Positions 13,570 through 26,933 of a stretch of DNA of 64,000 nucleotides are shown piece by piece. The stretch's first letter is position 1. Every line of letters starts with the position of its first letter. A program made the translations under genes and the position numbers. Under the pieces are notes generated by a model. It was not told the origin of the DNA and ran no database searches. It worked only from the letters and a program-made list of their open reading frames with translations. Source of the DNA: Eledone cirrhosa (taxonomy: Eukaryota); the NCBI GenBank assembly GCA_964016885.1, contig OZ024763.1, positions 4,092,001 through 4,156,000 of the forward strand. Reading direction: 5' to 3'.

Positions 13570-15484
13570 ACACACTAACACACTAACACATACATACACA
13601 TACTGGAAAAGACACATACACACTAACACATACATACACATACTGGAAAAGACACATACACACTAACACATACATACACATACTGGAAAAGACACAGACA
13701 CACTAACACCTACATACACATACTGGAAAAGACACAGACACACTAACACATACATACACATACTGGAAAAGACACAGACACACTAACACATACATACACA
13801 TACTGGAAAAGACACAGACACACTAACACATACATACACATACTGGAAAAGACACAGACACACTAACAGATATATACACATACTGGAAAAGACACAGACA
13901 CACTAACACATACATACACATACTGGAAAAGACACAGACACACTAACACATACATACACATACTGGAAAAGACACAGACACACTAACACCTACATACACA
14001 TACTGGAAAAGACACAGACACACTAACACCTACATACACATACTGGAAAAGACACATACACACTAACACATACATACACATACTGGAAAAGACACAGACA
14101 CACTAACACATACATACACATACTGGAAAAGACACAGACACACTAACACATACATACACATACTGGAAAAGACACAGACACACTAACACATACATACACA
14201 TACTGGAAAAGACACATACACACTAATACATACATACACATACTGGAAAAGACACAGACACACTAACAGATATATACACATACTGGAAAAGACACAGACA
14301 TACATACACATACTGGAAAAGACACAGACACACTAACACATACATACACATACTGGAAAAGACACAGACACACTAACACATACATACACATACTGGAAAA
14401 GACACAGACACACTAACACATACATACACATACTGGAAAAGACACAGACACACTAACACATACATACACATACTGGAAAAGACACAGACACACTAACACA
14501 TACATACACATACTGGAAAAGACACAGACACACTAACACATACATACACATACTGGAAAAGACACAGACACACTAACACATACATACACATACTGGAAAA
14601 GACACAGACACACTAACACATACATACACATACTGGAAAAGACACAGACACACTAACACATACATACACATACTGGAAAAGACACAGGCACACTAACACA
14701 TACATACACATACTGGAAAAGACACAGACACACTAACACATACATACACATACTGGAAAAGACACATACACACTAACACATACATACACATACTGGAAAA
14801 GACACAGACACACTAACACATACATACACATACTGGAAAAGACACAGACACACTAACAGATACATACACATACTGGAAAAGACACAGACACACTAACACA
14901 TACATACACATACTGGAAAAGACACAGGCACACTAACACATACATACACATACTGGAAAAGACACAGACACACTAACACATACATACACATACTGGAAAA
15001 GACACAGGCACACTAACACATACATACACATACTGGAAAAGACACAGACACACTAACACATACATACACATACTGGAAAAGACACAGACACACTAACACA
15101 TACATACACATACTGGAAAAGACACAGACACACTAACACATACATACACATACTGGAAAAGACACATACACACTAACACATACATACACATACTGGAAAA
15201 GACACAGACACACTAACACATACATACACATACTGGAAAAGACACAGACACACTAACAGATATATACACATACTGGAAAAGACATATACACACTAACACA
15301 TACATACACATACTGGAAAAGACACATACACACTAACACATACATACACATACTGGAAAAGACACATACACACTAACACATACATACACATACTGGAAAA
15401 GACACAGACACACTAACACATACATACACATACTGGAAAAGACACAGACACACTAACACATACATACACATACTGGAAAAGACA
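13570..15484. repeat. 40-bp minisatellite, about 47 copies
   Basis: Unit gacacagacacactaacacatacatacacatactggaaaa repeated head to tail. Confidence 0.97.
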
Positions 15485-15537
15485 AACAAAATGGCTACCA
15501 GGTGACATAACATAGGTATCATATGACCTTTACATAT

Positions 15538-15951
15538 ATGTGTGTGTGTCCCAGTGACTAAGAAGTGCGTGTGTGCGTGTGTGAGAGTGAGTGTGTGTGT
15601 GTCCCAGTGACTAAGAAGTGCGTGTGTGCGTGTGTGAGAGTGAGTGTGTGTCCGTCCCAGTGACTAAGAAGTGCGTGTGTGTGTGTGTGTGTGAGTGTGT
15701 GTGTCCCAGTGACTAAGAAGTGAGTGTGTGTGTGTGTGTGTGTGAGAGAGTGAGTGTGTGTGTGTGAGAGTGAGTGTGTGTGTGTGAGAGTGAGTGTGTG
15801 TGTGTGAGAGTGAGTGTGTGTGTGTGTGTGTGAGAGAGAGAGTGTGTGAGTGTGAGTGAGTGAGTGAGTGAGTGAGTGAGTGAGTGAGTGAGTGAGTGAG
15901 TGAGTGAGTGAGTGAGTGAGTGAGTGAGTGAGTGAGTGAGTGAGTGAGTGA

Positions 15952-15983
<32 letters not shown>

Positions 15984-16261
15984 GTGTGTGGGTGTGTGAG
16001 AGTGAGTGTGTGTGTGTGTGTGAGAGTGAGTGTGTGTGTTCCAGTGACTAAGAAGTGCGTGCATGAGTTTGAGTCCGAGCATGTGTGAATTGCATTTGTC
16101 ATGTGTGTAGATGTGTATGTTTGTGTATGTATGTAGATGTGTATTTTGTGTATGTGTGTATGTGTTGTTTATGTCTGCGTATGTATAGGTTTGCATCTGT
16201 GCATGCATTTGGCATATATCTGTGAGTGTGTGTGTATATACGTGTTTGTATGCGTGTGAAT

Positions 16262-16300
<39 letters not shown>

Positions 16301-16410
16301 GTTTGTACCTTTTGTGCATGTATGATTTTGTGTTTGTGTATTTGTTATTGTATGTGTGTATGGGTGTGGGTGTGCATGAGTGTGTGTGGGTAGGTGTGTG
16401 TATGTGTCAT
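15538..16410. repeat. (GT)n/(GAGT)n compound microsatellite with a recurring ccagtgactaagaagtg motif
   Basis: Seen directly. The motif occurs 5 times. Confidence 0.9.
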
Positions 16411-16565
16411 TGTCATGAATCAAGAAACACAATGATAGTAAGTATTGCATGATTTAGGTTAGTGGAAAGTGAGACCACCTGTGAAATGTCAATATGGGTG
16501 GCTGGGTGGGGAAGAAAGAGCAATAATGAGGACAAAAACAGTTGCTACATACATATATCTCTTTT

Positions 16566-17660
16566 ACGATCGACTTTCGTCAAATCGGACCGAGGGAACA
16601 ATGTTTCCGTTGGTCTTTCCAATTGCTAATACTATCTATCGGTCGCAACTCCAGGTAGAAGGAGCAACGTGAAATAAAGTGTCTTGCTCAAGGACATAAC
16701 GCATCGCCTGGTCCAGGAATCGAACTCACAACCTTACGATTGCGAATCCAATTCTCTAACCACTCAGCCACACGCCTTCACAAAAAGGAACGATCGACTT
16801 TTTTGTCAAATCGGACCGAGGGAACAATGTTTCCGTTGGTCTTTCCAATTGCTAATACTATCTATCGGTCGCAACTCCAGGTAGAAGGAGCAACGTGAAA
16901 TAAAGTGTCTTGCTCAAGGACATAACGCATCGCCTGGTCCAGGAATCGAACTCACAACCTTACGATTGCGAATCCAATTCTCTAACCACTCAGCCACACG
17001 CCTTCACAAAAAGGAACGATCGACTTTTTTGTCAAATCGGACCGAGGGAACAATGTTTCCGTTGGTCTTTCCAATTGCTAATACTATCTATCGGTCGCAA
17101 CTCCAGGTAGAAGGAGCAACGTGAAATAAAGTGTCTTGCTCAAGGACATAACGCATCGCCTGGTCCAGGAATCGAACTCACAACCTTACGATTGCGAATC
17201 CAATTCTCTAACCACTCAGCCACACGCCTTCACAAAAAGGAACGATCGACTTTTTTGTCAAATCGGACCGAGGGAACAATGTTTCCGTTGGTCTTTCCAA
17301 TTGCTAATACTATCTATCGGTCGCAACTCCAGGTAGAAGGAGCAACGTGAAATAAAGTGTCTTGCTCAAGGACATAACGCATCGCCTGGTCCAGGAATCG
17401 AACTCACAACCTTACGATTGCGAATCCAATTCTCTAACCACTCAGCCACACGCCTTCACAAAAAGGAACGATCGACTTTTTTGTCAAATCGGACCGAGGG
17501 AACAATGTTTCCGTTGGTCTTTCCAATTGCTAATACTATCTATCGGTCGCAACTCCAGGTAGAAGGAGCAACGTGAAATAAAGTGTCTTGCTCAAGGACA
17601 TAACGCATCGCCTGGTCCAGGAATCGAACTCACAACCTTACGATTGCGAATACAATTCTC
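16566..17660 (-). repeat. 226-bp tandem array (about 4.8 copies) of a CORE-like tRNA SINE (family B)
   Basis: Identical ORFs at a period of 226. The minus-strand unit has A box tggctgagtggt, B box gagttcgattcc, a gtccttgagcaagacac core and a TTTTT run. Confidence 0.92.
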
Positions 17661-17719
17661 TTGCGAATACATATATATATATTATAAAGAGTCCTCACTC
17701 TTTATAATATAGCCATACT

Positions 17720-17881
17720 CCACTACAGCTAGATCTTATCGCTTGGATCTAACTGTCGAAATGGCCAGAGCTCAGCCGGCAGGGTCGTAACTCTTTTCCT
17801 ATTACCCACTCAATTACCCTAAGTATTGAGTACTTTGGTGCGCTATGGTCCACCTGGTTCCTTACCACACCCTCTTTGGTA
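17720..17881 (+). mobile_element. Penelope-like tail module with the 3' half of a hammerhead-like motif
   Basis: acagctagatc...gatctaactgt c gaaa tggc..gccg followed by cctattacccact...aagtattgagtactttggtgcg, shared with 26826, 47882, 48098 and 51210. Confidence 0.6.
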
Positions 17882-17884
17882 TAT

Positions 17885-18205
17885 CATCATCATCATCATT
17901 TTACGTCCCCTTTTCCCTGCTTGCAAGGGTGGGACGGAAAGTGATTCTAGCTTGATTTCTACAGCTGGATGCCCTTCCTAACACCAAGCTCATTTACATT
18001 GAGAGCTGGGTGCTTTTTTGCCGTGGCACCTCCACGACCACTTTACAGTGGAATGATAGGGACCCCATCTCATTTCTACAGCTGAGTAAACTGGAGCAAT
18101 GTGAAATAAAGTGTCTTGCTCAAGGAAACAACACATCACCCGGTCTGAGAATTGAACTCTCAACCTTTCGATTGCAAGGCCAATGCTCTAACCACTAAGC
18201 CATGT
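17885..18205 (-). mobile_element. Near full-length RTE-tailed tRNA SINE (family C)
   Basis: Minus-strand head ggcttagtggttagagcattgg...gagttcaattc, CORE-like ccttgagcaagacac and a (TGA)n tail. Confidence 0.85.
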
Positions 18206-18315
18206 GTCTATATATTTAGGGACTGTAACTTCCAGTTACTGTAGGTCCACCAGAGTGAGCACTCAATACATAGTTTCCAGTAGGTATACTGGTGTTGTAC
18301 TAAGCACAGTGTAAT

Positions 18316-18495
18316 AATAATTGTTTCTACTTTTGATACAACGCCAGCAATTACCAAGTACATTACTGGTACTTGATTTTATTGACCCCGTAAGGATGAA
18401 AGGCAAAGTTAACCTCGGTGGGATTTGAACTCAGAATAGCAAGGGCCGTAACTCTATGCTGGAAAGCATGGTGCCCGACCCTCTGATACTGCCAA
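18316..18495 (-). mobile_element. tRNA SINE (family A)
   Basis: Reverse complement of the 23978 consensus. Confidence 0.88.
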
Positions 18496-18721
18496 TAATA
18501 ATATAAAGGTTGGAGTGTTAGATCTTCATTACGTTTATTGAGGTGTGATGTGCGTTTCACAATTGATCAGTTCAAGGTTTGATCTGTATCTCAATAAATG
18601 TAATGAAGATCTAACACTTCGTCCTTTTTATTATTATTATTATTAGTAGTAGTAGAATATATATATATATATATATACACACAAACACACACATACAGAT
18701 ATGCATATATAAATATACATC

Positions 18722-19270
18722 AAATGCTGTGTGCAGGAGGGGCGGTTGCGTTGGTATGGACATGTGATGCGTATGAAGGATGACAGATGCATAAAAAGGT
18801 GCAGAGCACTAGAAGTCGATGGAAACAGCGGAGTGGGGAGACCCAAGATGACCTGGGATGAGGTGATAAAAGCCGACCTTACCCAATTACACCTCTCAAA
18901 GGCGATGACACACGACCGTGACCTCTGGCATCACGCAGTGATACAGAGTACCCGACCTCCCATGGGTACAAGCTGAAGCATATAGACAATATTCCCCCAC
19001 CGCAAGGTGGTCGTGGAGGTGCCACGGCAAAAAAGCACCCAGCCCACACTGTAAAGTGGAGGTGTAGGTGCCACGAAAAAGCACTCAGCACTCACTGTAA
19101 ATGAGGTTGGTGTTAGGAAGGGCATCCAGCTGTAGAAATCAAGCCAAATCAGTTCCTGTATGAGCAAAGCATGGTCAGCCGACCAGACACTGCCCACAAC
19201 AGGACAACCCGTCTAACCCATGCTAGCATGGAAGAACGGACGTAAAACGGTGATGATGATGATGATGATG
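18722..19270 (+). mobile_element. RTE 3' fragment followed by the 3' half of a family C SINE
   Basis: QEGRLRWYGHVMRM...GRPKMTWDEVI, then aggaagggcatccagctgtagaaatc and (GAT)n. Confidence 0.85.
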
Positions 19271-20213
19271 ACATATATATTATATAAATATATATACATA
19301 TAAATACATGTATATGTACACACACGCATATATATATATATATATATATTATCATCACCATTTAACGGCTATTTTCATGCTTAGACAGGTTGTCCCATTT
19401 GAGACAAGTTGGGTCAGGTGACTGTGCCTTACTCATAAAGAACTGTTACCACATTTATAGTGTGTGCTGGGTGCCTTTTGTTGTGACACCTACACGACCA
19501 ATATACAGTTTGAGCTGGATATGTTTTGTTCACAGTGTAAAGATGGTGTTGAAGTCAGGAAAGACAGGCCGAGCAAACAACAGGAATGCAGTAAAAATGG
19601 AACAAGGAACCACCAGACAAAGAAGGGAATCCAAGCAGAAAGTGACCAATGGACAACTGTCCAAGTGAAGAACAAAACATGATGCCGAGGAAAAAGAAAC
19701 CCCAGATAACCTACATAGCTTATTCAAAATGTTAAAGGGTTACAGTTGTATATAAATATATATATACAAAGAACTGCCCTCTCAGCTTGAAGCATACAAC
19801 TAGTATGCACCACCATCTTATATTTGATACATTTTTTTATTCTTTACTAATTTCAGATATTAAAGTGTGGCCATGCTGGGGCACTACCTTGCTTTTAGCC
19901 AATTTCATCAACCTCACTACTTATTATATTGATCGCGTCTTTGTTGAAATGCTTATATTTGATTGATTGATAAAAAATACAGGTCACACTGATCATCATC
20001 ATCGTAATGTCCTTATGTCCAGATACTAGTAGAACCAATAAATAAATTGGTACAGATATAGATTTATTTTAAAACATGTATTTATTTATGCAGATCTTAG
20101 AGTATTTATTATAAATAGAGGTATATATCTAAATACACATCAAGATGGCTAACTAAAGATACACATCGTCTCAGGTCACAAACACTACCACCACCCCACA
20201 TTTATTAATGTTT

Positions 20214-20257
<44 letters not shown>

Positions 20258-20796
20258 TGTGTCATGACTGCCCATGGATTTGCACTTAGAACGTTCTTTG
20301 CCAGCTGCTCCCTTATCAATGAGACTGACCTAGAAGGTGGCTAGACTTTATAGTTGCTAGGAAACAAAGATAAGGTGGTTGGCAATTGTAAGTCTTTTCC
20401 AGGAAAAGAAACATATCACTCAGTATGGTCTAGTGAGTAATGACATCAGTGTTAGGGGCTAGATGGACCCTAACACATAGGGCAAACGAGTAAAAGAAGG
20501 TATAGAAGCTGGTAAGATACTTCTGCTTAGATGTAAGGAAATTCTAGGGCCTACACATCAGATAGGATGGGGCAGAGCTGTTGACAGGCTTTGGTTCTCA
20601 AGGGTGCATCAGAACATTCTGGGTGGAATTGGCATGCAGGGAGGTGTGGGAAAGGGTGCAACAGTCCCCAGGCATTCATATTGGGGCAGGTACATGATCA
20701 TAATGTTGCGAATTTAATTCCTGTACCGAGTAGAACATTGTTTACTCATGAAAGACATTTCATTTCATGGGAAATTGTTCAAATGACAATGATGTA

Positions 20797-20964
20797 CCAT
20801 ATTTCCTGGCATCGAAGACACTTCGTCCTCAAGTACGTACACTAATTTTGACAACCAAAATTTTGGAAAAAAGTAATAAACAACCTTCGGCCTCCAGGAC
20901 GCATGGTAGATTTTTGAGACTTATTTTAGGAAAAAAGTAGCTTCTTCGACACCAGGAAATACAG
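20797..20964. mobile_element. Tc1/mariner-pogo-type MITE
   Basis: TIRs ccatatttcctggcatcgaag / cttcgacaccaggaaatacag, with TA on both sides. Confidence 0.75.
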
Positions 20965-21273
20965 TACTTACTTTTACTGATGCTGAGAATATTCAGGTTT
21001 GGAAATGTTCCTAGATGTTGAATGATAAGAATATATAGAATAAAGAGGGGCTACCTTCCAGTTGATCCAACAGAATGACTAGTCGCTAATAGATCCCAAA
21101 AAAGTACAAGCTACTGAAGTTGATAGTTATACAATTGAAAGTATGATCAACCATTTTAATACCAAACAGCCTGAAACTGGACTTGGTTCTATAATACAAA
21201 GCTGTTTCTTTGACAGTATTTATATTTATCTAAAAACCTTCCATCATAAATTTTATGTAAAAACTTTGGTTAA

Positions 21274-21466
21274 CCCTTTAGCATTTAAACCAGCCGTATC
21301 TGGCCAGAATTCTCTCACCTCTTTCTGTTCAAACCAGCTATAACTGGCTACTCATACTGATGTTAAGTCATTATTCTCAAAATCTCATAGATTCGATATT
21401 ATGTGAGATAAAGCCTTTATCACAAAAATACAATAGTGTTTATAAAGCAATGTAAATGCTAAAGGG
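21274..21466. mobile_element. piggyBac-like MITE
   Basis: ttaa|ccctttagcattta ... taaatgctaaaggg|ttat. Related ends occur at about 24672 and 59002. Confidence 0.7.
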
Positions 21467-21708
21467 TTATGTTATATTCCAAAGATCATCACATTTACAA
21501 GAATCTTAATTATATTACTATTCCATATAAATTCTTGATTATTTAAATTTTTCCAAAACAATGTAAACAATGAATCAATTATATGCAAGAAACATACATC
21601 AAATTTTAAAATATATATATATTTTTTTTAAATTATGCTGCTTCAGTGTAGGTTTGTTTTTTAGACAATGAAAATAGTTGAACAAGTTAGACATATAATA
21701 CCCTAGAG

Positions 21709-21849
21709 CAGAGGTTTTCACAGTGGGCACTACTGCACCCCCACGTCACCCACCCGAGAACGTCCAGGGGGGGGGGGGGGGGGCACTGAGGGTATTACGT
21801 GACCTTGAAGGGGGGGGGGGGGGGGGTCCAAAAAGTTTGAGAACCTCTG
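21709..21849. mobile_element. hAT MITE with 8-bp TSD CCCTAGAG
   Basis: TIRs cagaggttttca / tgagaacctctg. The TSD is exact at 21701-21708 and 21850-21857. Confidence 0.9.
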
Positions 21850-22051
21850 CCCTAGAGATTGAAAAGGTGAACAGTGTCACTTGTGGTATCCAAACTCACA
21901 CCAAAGTGAGACTGAGAACTTAGCCAACATTTGCAAGCTTTATTCAGAGGCTTATATGCCCAATTTGGTCGACTATGGAGACGCAGGACATGGCAGCGAT
22001 AATGAGGGACAGAGACCGCTGGAGAGAACTCGTCCATGGATCTCGGGAATT

Positions 22052-22968
22052 TTACCCGCCTTAGATAGATAGATTTCCATAGGAAAACAAAAAAGACTAT
22101 ATAAAAAAAAATGTACCCGCCTTAGATAGATAGATTTCCATAGGAAAACAAAAAAGACTATATAAAAAAAAATGTACCCACCTAAGATAGATAGATTTCC
22201 ATAGGAAAACAAAAAAGACTATATAAAAAAAAAATTTACCCGCCTTAGATAGATAGATTTCCATAGGAAAACAAAAAAGACTATATAAAAAAAAATGTAC
22301 CCACCTAAGATAGATAGATTTCCATAGGAAAACAAAAAAGACTATATAAAAAAAAATTTACCCACCTTAGATAGATAGATTTCCATAGGAAAACAAAAAA
22401 GACTATATAAAAAAAAATTTACCCACCTTAGATAGATAGATTTCCATAGGAAAACAAGAAAGACTATATAAAAAAAAATTTACCCGCCTTAGATAGATAG
22501 ATTTCCATAGGAAAACAAAAAAGACTATATAAAAAAAAATTTACCCACCTTAGATAGATAGATTTCCATAGGAAAACAAGAAAGACTATATAAAAAAAAA
22601 TTTACCCGCCTTAGATAGATAGATTTCCATAGGAAAACAAAAAAGACTATATAAAAAAAAATTTACCCGCCTTAGATAGATAGATTTCCATAGGAAAACA
22701 AGAAAGACTATATAAAAAAAAATTTACCCGCCTTAGATAGATAGATTTCCATAGGAAAACAAGAAAGACTATATAAAAAAAAATTTACCCGCCTTAGATA
22801 GATAGATTTCCATAGGAAAACAAAAAAGACTATATAAAAAAAAATTTACCCACCTTAGATAGATAGATTTCCATAGGAAAACAAGAAAGACTATATAAAA
22901 AAAAATTTACCCGCCTTAGATAGATAGATTTCCATAGGAAAACAAAAAAGACTATATAAAAAAAAATT
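22052..22968. repeat. 61-62-bp minisatellite, 15 copies
   Basis: Unit tacccgccttagatagatagatttccataggaaaacaaaaaagactatataaaaaaaaatt. Confidence 0.95.
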
Positions 22969-23144
22969 ACATTGAAACAGTTTACTGCAAGCTAACATAC
23001 ATTAAAAAGTAAATTCAATGTTAGTAGTGTATTTTATATGAAATATGGTAATAAAAGGTTAAATATGTAGGGAACCGGACCATGAAGGATAGCTGCTAGC
23101 ATGCTGAAAATATCCAACAAAGTTGGGTATGTCCTAGTTAACAG

Positions 23145-23592
23145 AGTGTAGGAGGAGTCATACAATAGAGAGTAGAGGGAGGTGTCACACACAGTAGAGG
23201 GAGGTGTCATACAATAGAGAGTAGAGGGAGGTGTCACACACAATAGAGGAAGGTGTCGTACAATAGAGAGTAGAGGGAGGTGTCACACACAATAGAGGGA
23301 GGTGTCGTACAATAGAGGGAGGTGTCACACACAGTAGAGGGAGGTGTCGTACAATAGAGGGAGGTGTCACACTCAGTAGAGGGAGGTGTCACACACAGTA
23401 GAGGGAGGTGTTGTACAATAGAGGGAGGAGTCATACAATAGAGAGAGGAGTCATACAATAGAGAGTAGAGGGAGGTGTCACACACAGTAGAGGGAGGTGT
23501 CGTACAATAGAGAGAGGAGTCATACAATAGAGAGAGGAGTCACACACAGTAGAGGGAGGAGTCACACTCAGTAGAGGGAGGTGTCACACACT
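23145..23592. repeat. Complex minisatellite of about 20-29 bp (tagagggaggtgtc core)
   Basis: Seen directly. Confidence 0.88.
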
Positions 23593-23977
23593 ATAACTGG
23601 TGTAATCCCATCAGCGACTACTTAAACATGAAGGAAGATGATCTAGCAAAAAGGACCAAGTTATGAACACAACTGACTAGGGGGAAAAAGCAGACCTCTA
23701 TGGCTATGGTAAGTAGCCATCCTCGATATGTTGAGCTGGGGTAGATAGGAGTTCCATCTGGTGTCTCCAGTTTAAAATAGGGCAGCACAAATGGTGTAGC
23801 AGGATAAAAGTCAGGCTGAGAGAGAAAGAAGACTGTGGCAGATATACAAGAGTAGGACAACCAACAGCTGTTATTAAGTTGGCATAATTAGTTGTGAAGG
23901 TGGGTGTTCTGCAAACATAACAACCAGAGTAAGAATGGGATGGAAAACATTTAGGGGTTTATTATATCTATTGGTAA

Positions 23978-24364
23978 GGGCGGTGGATTGGCAGTATCGG
24001 TAGAGGGTCGGAAGCCATGCTTTCCAGCATAGTTACGTCCCTTTACGATTTGAGTTCAAATCCCGCCGAGGTTGACTTTGCCTTTCATCCTTACTGGGTC
24101 GATAAAATAAAGTACCAGTAATGTACTGGGTAATTGCTGGCCTTGTGCCTAAAGTAGAAACAATTATATCTATTGGTAAGGGCGGTGGATTGGCAGTATT
24201 GGTGGAGGGTTGGACGCCATGCTTTCTGGCATAGTTACATCCCTTTACGATCTGAGTTCAAATCCCGCCGAGGTTGACTTTGCCTTTCATCCTTACTGGG
24301 TCGATAAAATAAAGTACCAGTAATGTACGGGGTAATTGCTGGCCTTGTGCCTAAAGTAGAAACA
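23978..24364 (+). mobile_element. Two tandem full-length family A tRNA SINEs (period 202)
   Basis: A box tggcagtatcggtag and B box gagttcaaatccc. attatatctattggtaa occurs three times (23961, 24163, 24365). Confidence 0.92.
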
Positions 24365-25025
24365 ATTATATCTATTGGTAACACATGCATTCTCTGTATG
24401 AGTGTGATGGTCGTATAGAAAGTGTGATATTACAGAGCAATAAAAACATGGGCACTGAATACAGAAGATCCAGAACACAGCAGGGATATGATGACACAAG
24501 TATCATTAAGCTTGGTAGAAAGTTTCAAGCCTCCATTTATCCGGCCACTCATACTTATTGTGCTCAAAATAAATAATATCAAAATCGATATTATGTGAGA
24601 TAATTATGAGAAATAAAGTGTTTACCATGAAAATACACAAGTAAATACAGAGTAATGTAAATGGTAAAGGGTTAAACAATCTTGTTTCTTGAATGATCCA
24701 AATGCAACGGAAGCCCTATCAATCCTCAGGTTGATCTCATATGTAACTTAGTGGTTACAGTGTTGGGCTGATGAACCTAAGGTTATTGTTTCAATGGTGT
24801 GAAATGAAGCATCATGTTGGCTTCTTGAGAAAGATGCTTCATTTCACACCAGACTGGGGGCCCTATAGTTAAAACACCTAAGAAACCTCTTATAAGATAC
24901 AACATCATACAAGGCCAACTAAACTTGCATCAGTGTAAGCTTTATATTTCATTTGTGTGTGTGTGTGTTGTGTAATGGCCTGAGTTGTTTACTGTAGAAT
25001 TATGGTTAGGTTAAAGTTAGTTTGA

Positions 25026-25527
25026 TCCATTGGTCTTTCCATTGTTGATACTCTCTGTTGGTCACAACTCCTGGTAGAAGAAAGGAGTCTATGATCAAAT
25101 CAAACTAGGGAAACAACGTTTCCATTGGTCTTTCTATTGTTGATACTCTCTGTTGGTCACAACTCCTGGTAGAAGAAAGGAGTCTATGATCAAATCAAAC
25201 TAGGGAAACAACGTTTCCATTGGTCTTTCTATTGTTGATACTCTCTGTTGGTCACAACTCCTGGTAGAAGAAAGGAGTCTATGATCAAATCAAACTAGGG
25301 AAACAACGTTTCCATTGGTCTTTCTATTGTTGATACTCTCTGTTGGTCACAACTCCTGGTAGAAGAAAGGAGTCTATGATCAAATCAAACTAGGGAAACA
25401 ACGTTTCCATTGGTCTTTCTATTGTTGATACTCTCTGTTGGTCACAACTCCTGGTAGAAGAAAGGAGTCTATGATCAAATCAAACTAAGGAAACAACGTC
25501 TCCATTGGTCTTTCTATTGTTGATACT
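25026..25527. repeat. 95-bp tandem repeat (about 5.3 copies) derived from the family B SINE body
   Basis: tgatact at 25046, 25141, 25236, 25331, 25426 and 25521. Shares aaacaacgtttccattggtcttt with the 226-bp unit. Confidence 0.9.
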
Positions 25528-26307
25528 AAATGTCAGGTGCAACTCCTGGCAGAAAGAAAGGAACTGATCGTCAGATAAGACCAATGAAATAATGTTACTA
25601 TTGGTTTTTCCATGGTTGCTATCTGTTGACTGTAACATGAAATATAGTAATTTGATCACAACATGCTGCCCAGTCCAGAAATCAAATACACTTGTAACTC
25701 CAACACCCTACCTTCACATTTTCCATTTCATGCATACACACATATACATACATGCACATACATACATACATACACATATAACTACATACACACACATAAC
25801 ATACACACACATAACTACATGCACACACATATACACACACATACATACACACATAACTACATACACACACACATAACTACATACACACACATAACTACAT
25901 GCACACACCTATTTACACACACATACATACACACACACATAACTACATACACACACATACATACATATACACACAGAGTTAGTGCATTGGACAAATACAT
26001 TGTGGTATCTGATTTCAAGCCTTTATTTTCAAATAATGCCAAGGTGGACTTAGTCATTCATCCTGTCTGACATCAATGAAATAACTAATAATCAAGTCCT
26101 GAGATCAATATCTTCAATTATACCCTGGCAACTTGATCAACTACCAAGAGAAAAGTCTGGTGACTGAAACCAATATATCCACACACACACACACACGTAT
26201 ACATATATACACACACACACATATTCTTTTCTTTTATTCTTTTACTTGATTCCAGTCATTAGATTAGACAGCAACCATGCATGGACACCACCTTGATTTA
26301 GGTGATC

Positions 26308-26350
<43 letters not shown>

Positions 26351-26372
26351 AATGGTGGTGATGATATATCTG

Positions 26373-26822
26373 TATCTATATAAAATTAAGTATGTGTGTC
26401 TGTATATTACCTATAGAGGCCTACATCTTACGACCGATTTTCATGAAACTTTACAGGCTCATAAATTAGTCATCAGGGAGTGTTTTCTATATATCAGCAT
26501 ATGGTTTTTTTTAATACGGGGTCATTCTGCAGATAAAAATCGATAGGGGGGGGGGGGGGGGTCACCTTTTTTTAGGTATTGAAAAATAAGATTTTTGGCT
26601 CTAGCTCCCACATTTTGCCACCGATTTCATTCAAATTTTAAAGCAAAATAGAATTTATCATTGCACATCCTGTAATGGCTTTATATTTTGCATTTGTTGT
26701 TCAGGGACGGCGTGGCAGCCACTTAAATATTCAAAAAATACCACTTTTAGACTCAAAATTCCACTTATTCGGCTCTAGCTCCCACATTAATCAACCTACT
26801 TTGTTCAAATTTTACACTATGC
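26373..26822 (+). mobile_element. Possible non-autonomous Helitron-like repeat
   Basis: tctatata start, gtgtgtctg tract, ccgattttcatgaaacttt motif and internal direct repeats (ggctctagctcccacatt). Family not confirmed. Confidence 0.4.
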
Positions 26823-26825
26823 TAG

Positions 26826-26933
26826 CGCACCAGAGTACTCAATACTTAAGGTAGTAGGGTGGGTAATAGGAAAATGGCAGAGCTCAAGCCATTTCGATGG
26901 CTATTTCTGGACTGAAATAGCCGTCGAAACGGG
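26826..26933 (-). mobile_element. Penelope-like tail module folded back at hammerhead stem II
   Basis: ccatttcgatggctatttc-tggact-gaaatagccgtcgaaacgg hairpin. Homologous to 51210-51392. Confidence 0.6.

Noticed and set aside
13570-15484. CRISPR-like regular array
   Set aside because: Units are contiguous with no unique spacers, there are no cas genes, and the context is eukaryotic.
16684-17562. Four identical 66-aa ORFs
   Set aside because: They are antisense readings of a tandem SINE with TTG starts and no protein features.
23978-24070. tRNA gene
   Set aside because: A and B boxes are present but there is no complete cloverleaf. It is the head of a multi-copy SINE.
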